DNA of 64,000 nucleotides from Spironucleus salmonicida (Eukaryota): NCBI RefSeq assembly GCF_000497125.1, contig NC_090596.1, positions 1,302,001 to 1,366,000 of the forward strand, read 5' to 3'. Shown piece by piece: positions 1 to 12,339 of this stretch (position 1 is its first letter; each line of letters starts with the position of its first letter). The notes under the pieces were generated by a model. It saw only the letters and a program-made list of their open reading frames with translations, ran no database searches and was not told where the DNA came from. The position numbers and the translations under genes were made by a program.

Positions 1-320
1 CATTCTAATTCTAATATTGAGCTGTTTGTGAGCACTGTTGATAAAAGAACTGCCTATCTGGCAAAAGCCCGGAGATAATGAGCAGATGATAATTTAGATG
101 CAACAATAAGTTATATTTTAGAATTTTAGTCGAAACTCAGTGAAAATGTCTCGAATTGTAGGAATGTCAGCGGCATGAATGACTTCTACTAAACTGCTGA
201 GAAGAAGGATGTAATAAAAGTTGATGTTAGTTAAGGATAAGTTGATAATATAGGATTAATTATTATATGTGAGAGTAACTTCCCTGAAGATCTTTCATTA
301 ATAAATACTTCAGCGGCCAT
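1..320 (-). CDS. Hypothetical protein, possibly longin-like fold (3' end runs off window)
   Basis: Code-6 ORF from ATG at 320: MAAEVFINERSSGKLLSHIIINP...FITSFFSAVQQ...IQLIVAS; beta-beta-alpha-beta pattern reminiscent of longin domains. Confidence 0.5.
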
Positions 321-732
321 TATAATTATTTTTGGAGTGGCATAATTTAGATTATATTCTATATAAATAAACATATATCTATTTGAAATAATACGTTTAT
401 ATGGTTAATATGTATTAATTTATAGAACAATTATGCAGTATCTCAGTTTTTTGAAATTATAGTCAATTTTAGTTAAAAAAAACCTACAGTAAAATAAAAT
501 TAGTTGTAATCAATAATTTATATTAGAAATTATCATTTTATAAATTAGTTGTCCTTTTAGTTTACTAAATTAAATAAAATACTAAAATAATCATATATTC
601 TAAATATTCTCACAAAACTACTACTTTTCTAACATATATTATAAAGTTAGAATATACTTATGCTTAACTAAAAAAATTCAGTATGATATCACAATACACT
701 AATAAAATAATATAAAAACTTAAAGAAAAAGC

Positions 733-1275
733 TCAAAACATACCCTCCTAACTTCTTAAATATTCGCCAACATCACCCTGCCTAATAACAATTTTGACAC
801 CGTACTCGCTTCTCATTGCATCAATCCCGCTTTTTGTGCTGACTCCAAAGCCAATACCAAACCCATCGGTATCACAGACTAAAACACCTGCTTGGTCTGG
901 AATCTGATCAGTTATTTTACCAATTTGAGCTCTATTTACATCATTTCCATATAGGAATCCCATAGTAGCGTTTTTAGTGAGATGAACTCGGTGAGGAGCG
1001 AACTGCTCAAGAAGTGGCAGAGCAGGGATAGATAGATGGAATCTGCCATGATGCGTTAACTTACCTATAAAAACACCGGCACCACAAAGATTGTCTGCTG
1101 CTGCTGGGTGGCAATAATTTTCTAACGATTTTGGTAGATAATAAACACGGTTTTTGATTACACGGAAAACGAAATCTGCATCCTTACGATCTAATAATAT
1201 TTTAGATGCTTCACCTATAAATTTTGCTAGCTTTTCAAACATAGCAGTCGCTTCGGTATCCTTGAGCTCACGCAT
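733..1275 (-). CDS. NIP7: 60S ribosome biogenesis protein NIP7 (PUA domain)
   Basis: MRELKDTE...FEKLAKFIG...FLYGNDV...RQGDVGEYLR; reads through TAG at 748-750 to ...EYLRSQEGMF-TGA. Confidence 0.93.
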
Positions 1276-1401
1276 TTTTAGGAGTGGATTGCGGAGGGAA
1301 AACGATCTATTATAATATATAAATATGAAAATACATTACATTACACATTTATATTTAAATTTTATCTATATATTATTTTTAAGTAGTCTTTCCTCATAAA
1401 A

Positions 1402-1938
1402 ATGAATTACGGGCAAGGTAATAGTTAAAATTATTAATAATAAGGGTAGTATGGTAATAATTATGGAAACTATCATTAAAGTAATAATTATTAAAATTAA
1501 AATAACTAACATTAAAGCCATTCGCATCATAGTATGTAACATTAATAAATTGTTTAGATTATTTTTTATTAATAAAGCATTTAAGATATATAGGGTCAAA
1601 TGATGAATTTTAAAATACCATAAATTAATGATATTTTTAGTAGAATGTAAATTAAATAGATCAACGACTCACTTCTTCTAATCTTTATATCATTTAATGA
1701 TGCCTATCTATTTTATATAGAGTTTGTTAAACTAAATATTAACTGTTCAATAGCACTTAACAAATTATCAGAAATAACAAAAAGAGCAGATATCATAGCG
1801 TCAGATTAAGCTGCAGGTGAGCAGATATAGAAAATAAAGCAAGAAATTAATTCATTAAATCATAATTTATTAAAGTAATAATTAGCAGACAAAGTGGAAC
1901 TTCAACATTTCATAGGCCAGCTAAAGAAGAGAATGTGA
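1402..1938 (+). CDS. Protein with Q/N/Y/G-rich low-complexity N-terminus, possible degenerate RRM and C-terminal coiled coil
   Basis: MNYGQGNSQNYQQQGQYGNNYGNYHQSNNYQNQNNQHQSHSHH...; open to TGA at 1936 under code 6. Confidence 0.75.
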
Positions 1939-1971
1939 TATTATTATATTATACATATTTATCACATTAAA

Positions 1972-2463
1972 TCACAAGTTTTTTAGCTACTTTAATTGTT
2001 AAATAAATAGATCCACCCCAATTTCATTCTTGCCTTAAAAGCAGTCAAAGTTAACTGGGTAGCCACATTTTTAGCAAATGATTTGATATTCTTATTTATC
2101 TATTTTCCCATTAAAATTTAAGTCTGCTGCTAAAAATAACATAAGCTCCTGCTACACCTTAATATCTTTTTTACTGATTTCTGCAATAATGAATAGTCTG
2201 ATAAATTCCTTTAAATCTAGCTCACCATCAAAGTCAGAATCAACAAGAAATATAATTTTCCTAAGAGTATTTTCATCGAAGGTAATTTTCATTGACTTGA
2301 ACCCTTGTATCGCTTCAGTAAGTTAAATTTTTCCATCGTTTGAAGTATCAAATTTATTAAATACATCTGTTGCATACTAAATTTAAACAGAATTTATGAA
2401 TGACAATTAGCTAGGTAAGTCCGGAGTTTCAATTGGTTTTGATTTTGATGTAGTATTCCCCAT
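1972..2463 (-). CDS. N-myristoylated EF-hand calcium-binding protein
   Basis: MGNTTSK start; EF loops DTSNDGKIQLTE, DSDFDGELDLKE, DLNFNGKIDKQE. Confidence 0.85.
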
Positions 2464-2640
2464 TTTACTGAATAGAATAGAATTTTATTTAAATTTAAAT
2501 TAATACCTATTGTCTGAAACTAAACTGTAAATATTTAATAATTATAAATTTAGAAGATATTAATATAATAAAAAATAAAGCAAAATAAAATAAAACTAAC
2601 TTAACAAAAGTATAATAAATAATAATTTACATATTTAATA

Positions 2641-3825
2641 ATGAGACATTTATCTCTTAACAAAACTAATAATAATGTGTATCAATTTTGTTAAAACAAT
2701 CAATTTACTAAGGTCTATCTCGAAAATTATTAAATTATTAATAACTTTAACTGCTAAGTATTAGAAATTTAATTACTAAATTGTTAGTTATAATCATTTA
2801 ATCTTATTGACTTTAAGTATCTGAAATCTCTTATATTATAAGAGTGCTCTATAGAGGAACTTAATATATCATTTTAGAATAGTATGTTTTTTCAAGATAA
2901 TTATAATATAGCTTTTCTTAAAGACCATAAGCTTTATTCTAAACATGCTATGCAGCCTGTAGTTTCAAATATTATTTCTTTTTAATAGAATTATGAGAGC
3001 CCTTATTAAATTTTTAGCAATTTCATTAAAACTCTAATCATTGGTTAGATTATTCTCCCTGATTTATCAATTGATATTATCGATGAATAACTACTAAAAG
3101 TAAAATAAGCATAGCTTAAGAAATAACAGATTTAAAATTTAGTGATAGATAATAATAGAGTAGATAATATAGTGATAGAAAATACTAGCTTAGACGAAAT
3201 AGAAATACATTTATTATAAAATTATAAGCTAGATATTAAACTGAACAACAAACTTAAATCGTTATAGTTAAAGGGAATTCATAATATATCTTAGCTGTAA
3301 TTTAATAATCTTTAAAATCTTGAATAACTTAATTTATGGTAAATGTAGTTCCTTGATATCGATAACATTATTGCTTAGAAAAATATCCAAATAAATATTA
3401 CTGAATGTAACGTTATAATTAATAATAGTACTAATAATGATATAAATATTTATGATTCACGAATATTAAACTAGTATATCTTTAGTTAGAATAGTAAAAT
3501 TAAAATATTTACTTCATAAATAGATACTGTGCTAATAAACGCATAAGTTAACGAATTTTCCACTGATAATATAATTAAGTATGTTACTATAGAATATAAT
3601 TCACACCTAAATTATTTAGATTTGTCCAATATTAATAATATTGATCTTGTTAATACCTCGTTTTAATAATCCACACATATCGAAAATTACAATAGTACAT
3701 TCTTTTTAAAAGGGTATTTTCCGGAATAAGTAATATTATCAACACATTCACAATAGTAGTATATCAGTTATTTGACTTTTAAAATAAATTTACGTAACGA
3801 GCAAATACTAAATTTATTATAATGA
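2641..3825 (+). CDS. Leucine-rich-repeat-like protein
   Basis: Code-6 ORF with LKSLILQEC, LKSLQLKG, LQNLEQLNLWQM repeats. Confidence 0.7.
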
Positions 3826-3862
3826 TTATTATATAATATATTTAACATCTTTCATAAAAATA

Positions 3863-6439
3863 ATGAATACACATTTTTTGGTATAAATTAGTACTTCCAA
3901 CTCAATTAATACATTAGAATGCCGATATAATTCATATACACATCTTTGTTTTGATAAATCGTTTAGTTTGTCACCCATTAAGATTATCTTATAAAATTGT
4001 ATTGTACATGATGTATCGATATTTTAATAATCTCAGTTAATTAGTATAGAGCTGGATACAATTTAATTTATTAGTTAACTTGATTTATCGATACTTAGAA
4101 ATTGTTAATCAATAAGTTTCAAGTCTATTAATTAGTCAGTTATCTTACCTGTATACACTTTAATTAATATTGATATTTCGTATTGCTCTGTCACTAACAT
4201 TTAGTAAATAATTAATTTAGATACATTAGAATCTATATCTCTAAGGAATATTGCTCAAGCTATGTAAATTACTATACTTCCTCCAAAGCTAAAAATATTA
4301 TCATTGATAGATGTTAAAGTTAACTTGAATGCAGATTTACCATCAACTTTAGAGTCATTAACTTTATAATGGCTTAAAAATAAGGCTATACTTAGAAATG
4401 TAGAAAAATTAATTTATCTATGTGTAAATGGTACTAAATTTGAATACTATGGTGCTTTTTCTAGTTTGGTGCATTGTGAAGTTTAAGGTGTAGTTTTTGA
4501 AATTAATCTTTAGCATACTCCTAACCTTTAAGTTTTAAAAGTAGAAAATGCTAATATTTCAGTAGTTGGAGAGCGAGTTATTCTAACTAGGATCTATTAA
4601 GATCTTTAATAATATTAAATTAATATGAATACAGTTAAACTACGCCTATTAGGCCGGTAGGATTTTACTTTAAAACTCAAAGACTCTTCTTTCATAGAAT
4701 GCTCTCAATATCATTAACTCCTTTATAATTAAGTTATTGATTCTAATAGATTAAGTTCACACTAGCGAAATAATATTATCTCTATTGTTTTATAAAATAT
4801 AACAATTAATCATTTACACTTATCAGATTTTTAGAGTATTTAATCTCTGGATCTCTCAGCATGTGAATCTTAATAGGTAGATTTGCCTAATTCTATAATA
4901 ACTTTAATAGTATAATAGTGTAATTTGGGATAAATTAGTTAGTCAAACATTGAGGATATTAATATCTCGTTCTCTGATGTTGACTTTTAAAGCCCCGTTA
5001 CGGCAAAAACTATAAAACTACATTCTGCATGCAATAATAGCATTTTTAATGTTGATAATCTATAATTTTTATATATTACTGAATCTTAAGCTCAATTGAA
5101 TACTGGTATATTTTCAGATACTATCGTAGATTTCCATTTGTAGACATCTAATAATTTTAGCCTCGATTTTTCTCGATCAGTTAATTTAAAAAATATATTT
5201 ATGGATGGAGCAAAACTTGAATTACTTGATATTAATTTCTCTTCTCTTAAGGTTTTGTCTTTATAAAAATTATTATCAATCCCAAATCTCCCTGCTGTAA
5301 AGTTAGAATCACTATCCTTAGTTCACGTATAATCTTAAGGGTGTCTTCACATACTAAAGTCTGATCATATATGCCTCTAAGATTGTTAATTAGATGATCT
5401 TAAAATTGAAGAATGTAAAGATATATTTCTAATTCATCTTAATCTTAATTCCTTAGCTATTCCGTCTCTAATAAATAAATTTTCAGTGATATCTTGCAAA
5501 ATTTAATCTCTAGAAGGGGTTGGCACAAAAATTTAAGATTGCTATTTAAAAAATTGTTCGATCACGTCCAACTAATTTTAATTTATCGTGAAACACGTAA
5601 GCACATAAAATACCGATGTTTCCACAATGATTTTCCACCAAACAACTAGCTTAATAGCACATGAAAGTACATTTTTGGATTTTAATTGTCTTCAAAATTT
5701 AACTAGTGTGAAGCTCTATAATATTAAGCATGATATAGATATGTCCTCTCTCACTATTTAGGAACTTTCGATTAATGCCTGCACGTTTTAAGTTATTTTA
5801 CCATCAACAACGCAACTCGCTATATCGACAACGACCATTCCAAATATCCAAGATTTTACGGGATTGGAAACGCTAAAACAGCTCTCTATCAGCAACTCGC
5901 AGCTGAACTTCGGCAGTGCCCTTCCGCGCTCGCTGGTTCAGCTCGAACTGAACCAAATGGACCTGCCGGACCTCCAGCTAGCTAACTTGCAGAATCTGAT
6001 GATTTTAACGCTCAATTCGGCCAATATACCGCTGAAAAACCTCAGCAGCTCGCTGGTCGAAATTTCCATCGCCCAGTCCGCCGTCGAGCAGGTTTTGCCG
6101 CTGGCGCACCTGGTGAACCTGCAGCGGCTCATCCTCACTGGCTCGAACGTCCGATTTGACGGCATTCCAGACGCCCAGAACCTGCTAATCCAGACGGACC
6201 AGCCGCAGGACTACGCGAGCGCGTTCGGAACGAACCTGTTCATCTACAGCAACATTGAGAAAATCGGCTTCGCCGGGGGCCGCATGCAGCCGCAGGCGCA
6301 CGTCTGCAGGCATCCGGGCGGGATCGGGCGCCCGTGGCTCCTGCAGCATGGCCTGCGGCTGCAGAACCTGCGACGAAAGATTCGCGAGGCCGAAAATGAA
6401 ATTCTCGGCGTCTACGCGCGAATTGCTAGTCTCCAGTGA
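3863..6439 (+). CDS. Leucine-rich-repeat protein (~858 aa)
   Basis: In frame with track ORF 5864-6439; many LxxLxL motifs (LPPKLKILSL, LPSTLESLTL, LPRSLVQLEL, LVNLQRLILTG); not every codon was checked. Confidence 0.75.
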
Positions 6440-6451
6440 GCGTATTTTCAC

Positions 6452-7237
6452 TCAAATCGCTACCGCGTCGGTTGAGATCCGCAGGCCGCCAGGCTGCCTT
6501 TCGAGCCGCAGGCGGCCAGTTTTCGTTATCGCGAAGCAGCTTTGTAGCTGGTCCTGCTGGATTTCGAGCCGCACGCCGGCGATGCCGACGAGGGCGAATG
6601 GGGGCGCATCCTGCACCCGCAGCACGCCCAGAACGCTCAGACGGCCGTCGACGAGCAGCAGGAAGTGCCCCGGGAACGCGTCCGCGAAGCGCAGCTCCTC
6701 GAAGCTGAGGGGCTTCCGGGCTCCGTAGCGCAGGAACTCCAGAATTCGGCCCATGTTGTCCGCTGCTGGAGTGTAGAACGCGCTGTGGTGCGCGGTTTTC
6801 TGCCGATGGCGCCGCAGCGTCTCGTCCAGAATGTCGCGCAGCTGGCACGGCGATTTCGCGATTTGCGGCGTTAGCGGGCCGTCAAATTTTGTGAGCGCGT
6901 TGAGGTCCTCGCGCTGCTCGATTTTGAACTCCATTCTGGGCGAAAGCAGCGTTTCGAAAACTGCGTTCGGGATCGATTCCTGCGCGGCAAATACCGCCAT
7001 TGGCGCCTTTACAGGCTACGAACTGTGCGGTGAGAAGTCGCTGTAGGTCAGGATCTGCTCGTTCTAGAAAGCTGTCTGCTTGGCCTGTGGGTCCGGAGAG
7101 GTGGAGTCCAGCTTGGATGTGAGCTCTTCGATCTTGTTGTAGAGCTGCGTAATTTGCGTGTCTTTTAGGCTAAGGAGCGCGCCGAGCTGCGCGACTTCCT
7201 GGCTCAACTTGAGGTTTTCGAAGCGTAGGCCTTCCAT
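6452..7237 (-). CDS. Coiled-coil + CKK (CAMSAP/Patronin) domain protein
   Basis: Track ORFs 7064-7282 and 6452-7000 join through TAR codons; C-terminus NMGRILEFL...HFLLLVDG...LVGIAG...LRISTDAVAI matches the CKK pattern (N..I.NAL / FLILF.D / L.G.GP / LS.SVDAITI). Confidence 0.65.
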
Positions 7238-7266
7238 TTTAATTATAGGAATGTTATTATATAAGT

Positions 7267-7713
7267 TCACTGAACCCAACAATTGTAGTCTTTGATTTGG
7301 TTTGACTTTAGCTCGGCGATTTCTGCTATCTTGAAGCTCGCCTGAATGAAGTTGTCTTTAAGAGGCTCAAACTACCGTTTAAGTTCTCTTGAGATTTCAA
7401 CTGAATACTTAAGATGTAAATTTTTTTCCTTAAAATAACGCTTTCTGGCGGTGTTACAAAATATCTAAAATGCGAGCTTTTCATTTTCAAGAGGCTTCTA
7501 TACAATTTCTACTTTCTTAACGTGCGTCTCCTTCCAATTTAATATCAACTGATTTTGTGTTTTTTATCGGTCTTACTTCTCTTCATCTGATAATTAACTC
7601 CAAAGCTAGCCAATTAGCTTAGCTTATTGTGGTATTGAGCCTGTTATTTTTTGCGTTTTTCTCATCTCTGAAGCAAATGCGAAGTATGCTGTGGGTGGTC
7701 GTTTTTCTTCCAT
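7267..7713 (-). CDS. HMG-box protein
   Basis: KRPPTAYFAFASEMR...AKLIGQLWSQLSDEEKQ is a classic HMG box. Confidence 0.88.
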
Positions 7714-7744
7714 TTTAATATTATTAAATATTATAATATATAAT

Positions 7745-8455
7745 TCACTACTCTCCTTTCAATTAGGAAAAAATCCTCTTCCAAGATGAAAATTAACTCT
7801 AGCTCGGTGCTGACCGAATAGTTCCCCATAGTGTAGTAACTGCTCTATCATGAATAGACTATAGTCTCTCATAATCAAATATAAATTTTTACGCATCTTT
7901 TCCGGCAAATTTTTGATGCTTTGACTTATTAAGCCTCTACATCATTTCGCTGCTTACTAAACTTAATTACTCAAATGTAGTATTTTCTTACATAAGTGTT
8001 GCCTTTAAATGGACAATTTCACTTTTAAGTTGTTCTACTTTCATATTTTTAACCTCACAACCAGAACTGATAGATCGTTACTTTTCAGCGAACTCTTCGA
8101 AAGTAGTTCCTGCTTAAAGCTACCCAGCAAATTTAACTACTTCGGCATTTTATCGCATACCAGTATTATGATAGATTTTTGTCTATAAGTGAGTGCATGT
8201 TTTATGAACAGATGCAATATACTTAGTATAATGTTCATTAAGTTATAGATTCTACGTTTTACCCGATATTTTTTGTTTCTTAAGTTTATCGATTTTAAGC
8301 TCATTTAGACGAAACTATGACAGGTGAGCTATTTCTTCCAAAAGTAATGTGTTATCCATCTGTTAGAATGATTTATAGATTTATACAAATTCAAAAAGTG
8401 TATATTCTTCACCATTATAAAGTACTGTTCTTTGCGGTCTTCTGAAAGAATGCAT
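7745..8455 (-). CDS. Hypothetical coiled-coil protein
   Basis: 237-codon code-6 ORF, ends TAG-TGA. Confidence 0.65.
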
Positions 8456-8569
8456 TTAGTAATTTAGTCCTATTATAATATTATATATTAAGTGTGTTTA
8501 TAAAAAATAAATATTATACTTTAGTTAGTATCAAACTATATTTCTTTAGATACAGTGATTAAATTATAC

Positions 8570-9091
8570 TCACCAGTTTATTTAGTTCAAATTTTATCTT
8601 AGATATTTGACCTTTTTACGATTATTCTCACACTCTTGGTCTAAATAAGAAATCATAGAAGTTAATTAGGATAGATCCTTTTTTTGATCTTCTAATAAAT
8701 AAATAAGCTGCATAAATTCATTTTTTTATTTTTTAAGCCTAAAATTGTCATTAATTAATGAAACATCTATTACACTATCTTTGAAGTGATCTTCATTAAT
8801 AAAGAAACTTTCTCTTTCTATACTTTTATCCATAACTGTTTATAAGTCCCTTAACTGAATTAAAGGCTTCAAAATTAACTCCTCTTATATTGACTATGCT
8901 TCACTTTCATCTATTACATTTAAACTATTACAATTTGGAGTTATATTATTATTTGTTGTTGGATGTTGAACCATAAAATCTGCTTGATGCAAAATCTTAT
9001 ATGGTTAAGATTTAATATTATTTATTAAAGGCAACATGCTTACAGCTCCACCATAATAAATTCTACGATCAAACGTTTTTAGACTTTTCAT
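8570..9091 (-). CDS. Hypothetical protein
   Basis: 174-codon ORF MKSLKTFDRRIYYGG...; C-terminal coiled coil. Confidence 0.6.
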
Positions 9092-9380
9092 TTAATGTGA
9101 TTCTACAATATTATTTTTATGACTCTTATGTTAATATGATTTATACTAATTATATTTTTAAAATTACAGTTTGTTTTATATATGATCCTTCCGTTTCATA
9201 ATACATATTCACTTAAAAATAAACAAGTTGCTTATTTGCTTATTTTAACTACAGAATTTTTCTAATTATAAGTTTACAAAATTTTCTTATAAAATAATAT
9301 TATTTTTAATATATTTAATAAAAATTTAGTTAAAAAGCACATTATATTTTCAATAACTTTATTTCGCAGTAAATATTGTA

Positions 9381-9782
9381 TCAAAATAGTATTTCTTTAT
9401 ATTGTTCCTCTGGCTCGTCATAATCCTCAGACGAACAATAATATATTTATTTTAATCTCTGTTTGCGCAATTACTTTTCTTTTTTCTTTTTTTGAATCTC
9501 TGATGATTTCAACATATTGTAGAAATCGTCAAATTTAACCGTTTCCGGATTCGATAATCTTGTATTCTTTAATTAAGATATAGATGCATCTTACTTGTGT
9601 TTAACAGTTATTTTTTCTTATACTTATTTTGTAATAGATATAAAATCTGGTGAATAAAGTGGCTATTTTCTTAATAAATTTTGTCGATAGATTGGAGAAG
9701 ATTATCCGTGTAATAAATTCATAAATTTAAGTTTGTTTTCCATGCAGTGCTAGTGGGAAGGTTTTAGTTCTGGTAGTTACAT
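9381..9782 (-). CDS. Hypothetical protein
   Basis: 134-codon ORF MQLPELKPSH... with basic stretch QKKKKRK. Confidence 0.6.
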
Positions 9783-9832
9783 TTTTGCAAACAATATCTA
9801 AATCTTATATTATATATATTATATTCAATTAA

Positions 9833-10543
9833 ATGATACCTGATCCATTTTCTTTCATATAGTCTGAAATCTCTATATTAGATCCTGCACAGCCATTTTA
9901 CACATAGGCTGAATTAGATTTACTGTTTAAAACGCCGAAAACCAATAATACTAATTTATTTCTAGATTCACCTGCACAGTCGCCTTTATCTACGTCAGAA
10001 TCAGACAAAGAGATAAATAATGTTGATATAAAATAATACAATTAAAAACTATATGATTAAATGATATGCTTAACTTACGAACTTATAGAGGATGCTAGCT
10101 ATAAAGCAGAGTATGATAAGCGAATGGGAACTATAGATTAAATTGACAGGTAGGTTAATAAACCATATAGTTGTCGGCGCCATCATTTTGTAACTATGAC
10201 TGATGCATAATAATTTAAGATCAATAACCTAAACAATGTATAAAAAGAGTCACTATTATGTCAGCACTCAAATGAAAAGGCCAAAGTACTTAAGTCACTT
10301 TAGAATCCTATTTTTAGTAAAAAACATCTGATAGAAAACTCAGCAAAAATTAGTGTCTCGATTATCTAAAGTTCTGTTCATAAATCAAAAGTAGTTACAC
10401 AACACTAAGATATTATAGTGACCTCGCTTGTTGATGATTTTTATATTGATACTGGGTATAATCGTATGTAGCATTTGAACGAATAAATTACATAGTAAAT
10501 TAAAAGAAATGATTTGATACTAAACAAATCATAAAAAAAATGA
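9833..10543 (+). CDS. Hypothetical protein
   Basis: 237-codon ORF MIPDPFSFIQSE...; divergent from the previous gene with a 50-bp spacer. Confidence 0.65.
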
Positions 10544-10571
10544 ATGATTATTATATTATTTATATTGGTTT

Positions 10572-12245
10572 ATGATTTATATGTGGAAGAAATAACTATT
10601 AAGCAGACTTAACTCTATAGAGAGATACACTTTCAGAAAACAAACAGAACACATCGACTCTCTTAAAGATTATATCTAAATGCTTAATCAGAGCACCGAT
10701 GGTATTCATAAGGACGACCAGCAGCAGTTCCTGAATTTGGTGGAAAAGTTGTTTGAGAACGACATCGAGTCATTCAATTACTAGTTTATTCCGATAGATT
10801 AGTCGCACCACCAGTTTGTGTGCGATAAGTGCACGAATTTCTTGCAGAAGCACATCCTCATTATGCCTTGCAGCCACACCGTATGCCAGCGGTGTGTTCT
10901 GGCGCACCAATGGGACCAGATCACCTGCCCTGTCTGCGATGCAATAATACTGGATATGTAGTTCAACGAGCAGCTGTGCCGCCAGCAGCTCCAGACGCCC
11001 GTATACTGCTGCAATCTGGTGGCCAAGGAGGCGGAGGTCGCGTAGTACGGGAAGCAGGAGTACGATCTCGGCGCGAGGCATGCGGCGTTAGTTCCGGTTT
11101 TGAGCGATTTCAACGCGAATCTGTGCAAGGTTGAATAGGTCAACTACCTGCGGCAGGAGCGCAGATTCGAGATTCTCCGCGACGGGGCGCAGGACCTGAG
11201 GCACTACCAGCTGCAGCTGTTTGAGTATTTTCCCGAGCAGGAGCGCAAGTTCCTGTTCAGCTGCGGCTGGGCCGGGCCCTATGCGGACCTCGCCGGGCAC
11301 ATCGCGAATGACTGCAGCCATACGCTGGTGGAGTGCGGGTACTGCGCGTTTCCAGTTGCGCGGCAGGTCCTGGAGTATCACAGGAAAGTTTGCTGCCTTT
11401 AGAACCAGCGATGCCTCCTTTGCTACAGACCGGTGCAGCTAGCGAAAATGTGCCACCATCAGGTTGGATGCTTGCAGACGTTACTGTCATATGATACGGC
11501 GAAGCTGGTGATACCCGTGGAATACAGCTACGACCTCGAACTCGAGTCGCTGGTGACCCGGATACAGCAGGGAATTAGCAACCTCCAGAACCTGGTACTG
11601 AGGCTGGACACGAACAGCCAGGGCGAGGTAATCCAGTATTAAAATTCTGAGAAGGTTAGGGTTAAATTAAATATCCAAAACAAGCCATTTTTCCATTACA
11701 TCTACGAAAAACATGTGCTATTGTTTCCCCTTATATCATAACTTATCATTATATCCTTACTCGATCTGTGTCTTTATTACATCCCACTTTATACATAGTA
11801 TATTGCTTTACCTGTTTTAATTGTTTAAGTATTAAATCTTTTTTGCTTGTTTTGGTACACAATTCAATTTATTATTACAAATAGATTTAGATCAAGTATT
11901 GCTCTATATATGTTAAATGTTTACTACGTATCCATACTAAATTTTGCTGGATTGTATGTGTCAGCGTATTTAATATCTCCATTGGCGTTTGCTGGAAAGT
12001 AACCTAATTCTATGATAAATACATTTTTTGATTTTCTGTATTTTAGTTCTGCTGTTGGATCTAGTATAGGATTTGGCGATATTTCTCCATTAACTCTTCC
12101 AATAAGATATGTTATATTAATTGAAATTTTATTTACTTAACTAGTATAGAAAATTGTTTTCAGAGGATTTTCATTTTTCTTCAAGCTTAAAAAAATTGAA
12201 GAATAACACAAAAAATATAGGGATGATATTCGTAGTCTAAAATGA
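10572..12245 (+). CDS. RING finger / TRAF-type zinc finger / K+-channel-pore fusion protein
   Basis: Single 558-codon frame (alternative ATG 10581): C3HC4 RING CDKC..PCSHTVCQRC..CPVC; TRAF-like fingers CGWAGPYADLAGHIANDC..VECGYC..H..VC; several hydrophobic helices; pore motif FDFLYFSSAVGSSIGFGDISP then a final TM helix. Confidence 0.85.
10678..11727 (+). repeat. 1050-bp dispersed direct repeat, copy 1 (copy 2 at 35605-36654)
   Basis: Constant offset of 24927; about 7 substitutions seen by eye. Confidence 0.95.
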
Positions 12246-12339
12246 TAAATATAATAATCTATGCGATTTTGATTATTTTTGCTTAATTTAGTAAAAATTA
12301 AAGCAGAAAAAACTAAGGTCTTAAAATGATGAAAATCAC

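Noticed and set aside
1-360. Plus-strand frame continuing through a TGA at 79-81 (selenocysteine/readthrough?)
   Set aside because: Shadow of a cleaner minus-strand ORF starting at 320
5938-7046. Many overlapping R/A/P-rich ORFs in the supplied track (also 10770-11490, 13583-14285, 35697-36417)
   Set aside because: Off-frame or antisense shadows that stay open only because of high GC; the real frames are identified by protein motifs
5850-7240. GC-rich patches as bacterial horizontal transfer, contamination or transposons
   Set aside because: They encode eukaryotic proteins, begin mid-ORF in frame, still use occasional TAR-Gln, and show no transposase/RT or terminal repeats
8170-8275. E2F/DP-like signature (RVKRRIYNLMNIIL) on the minus strand
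   Set aside because: It lies in an alternative frame of the open 7745-8455 ORF; using it would need two compensating indels in T-runs
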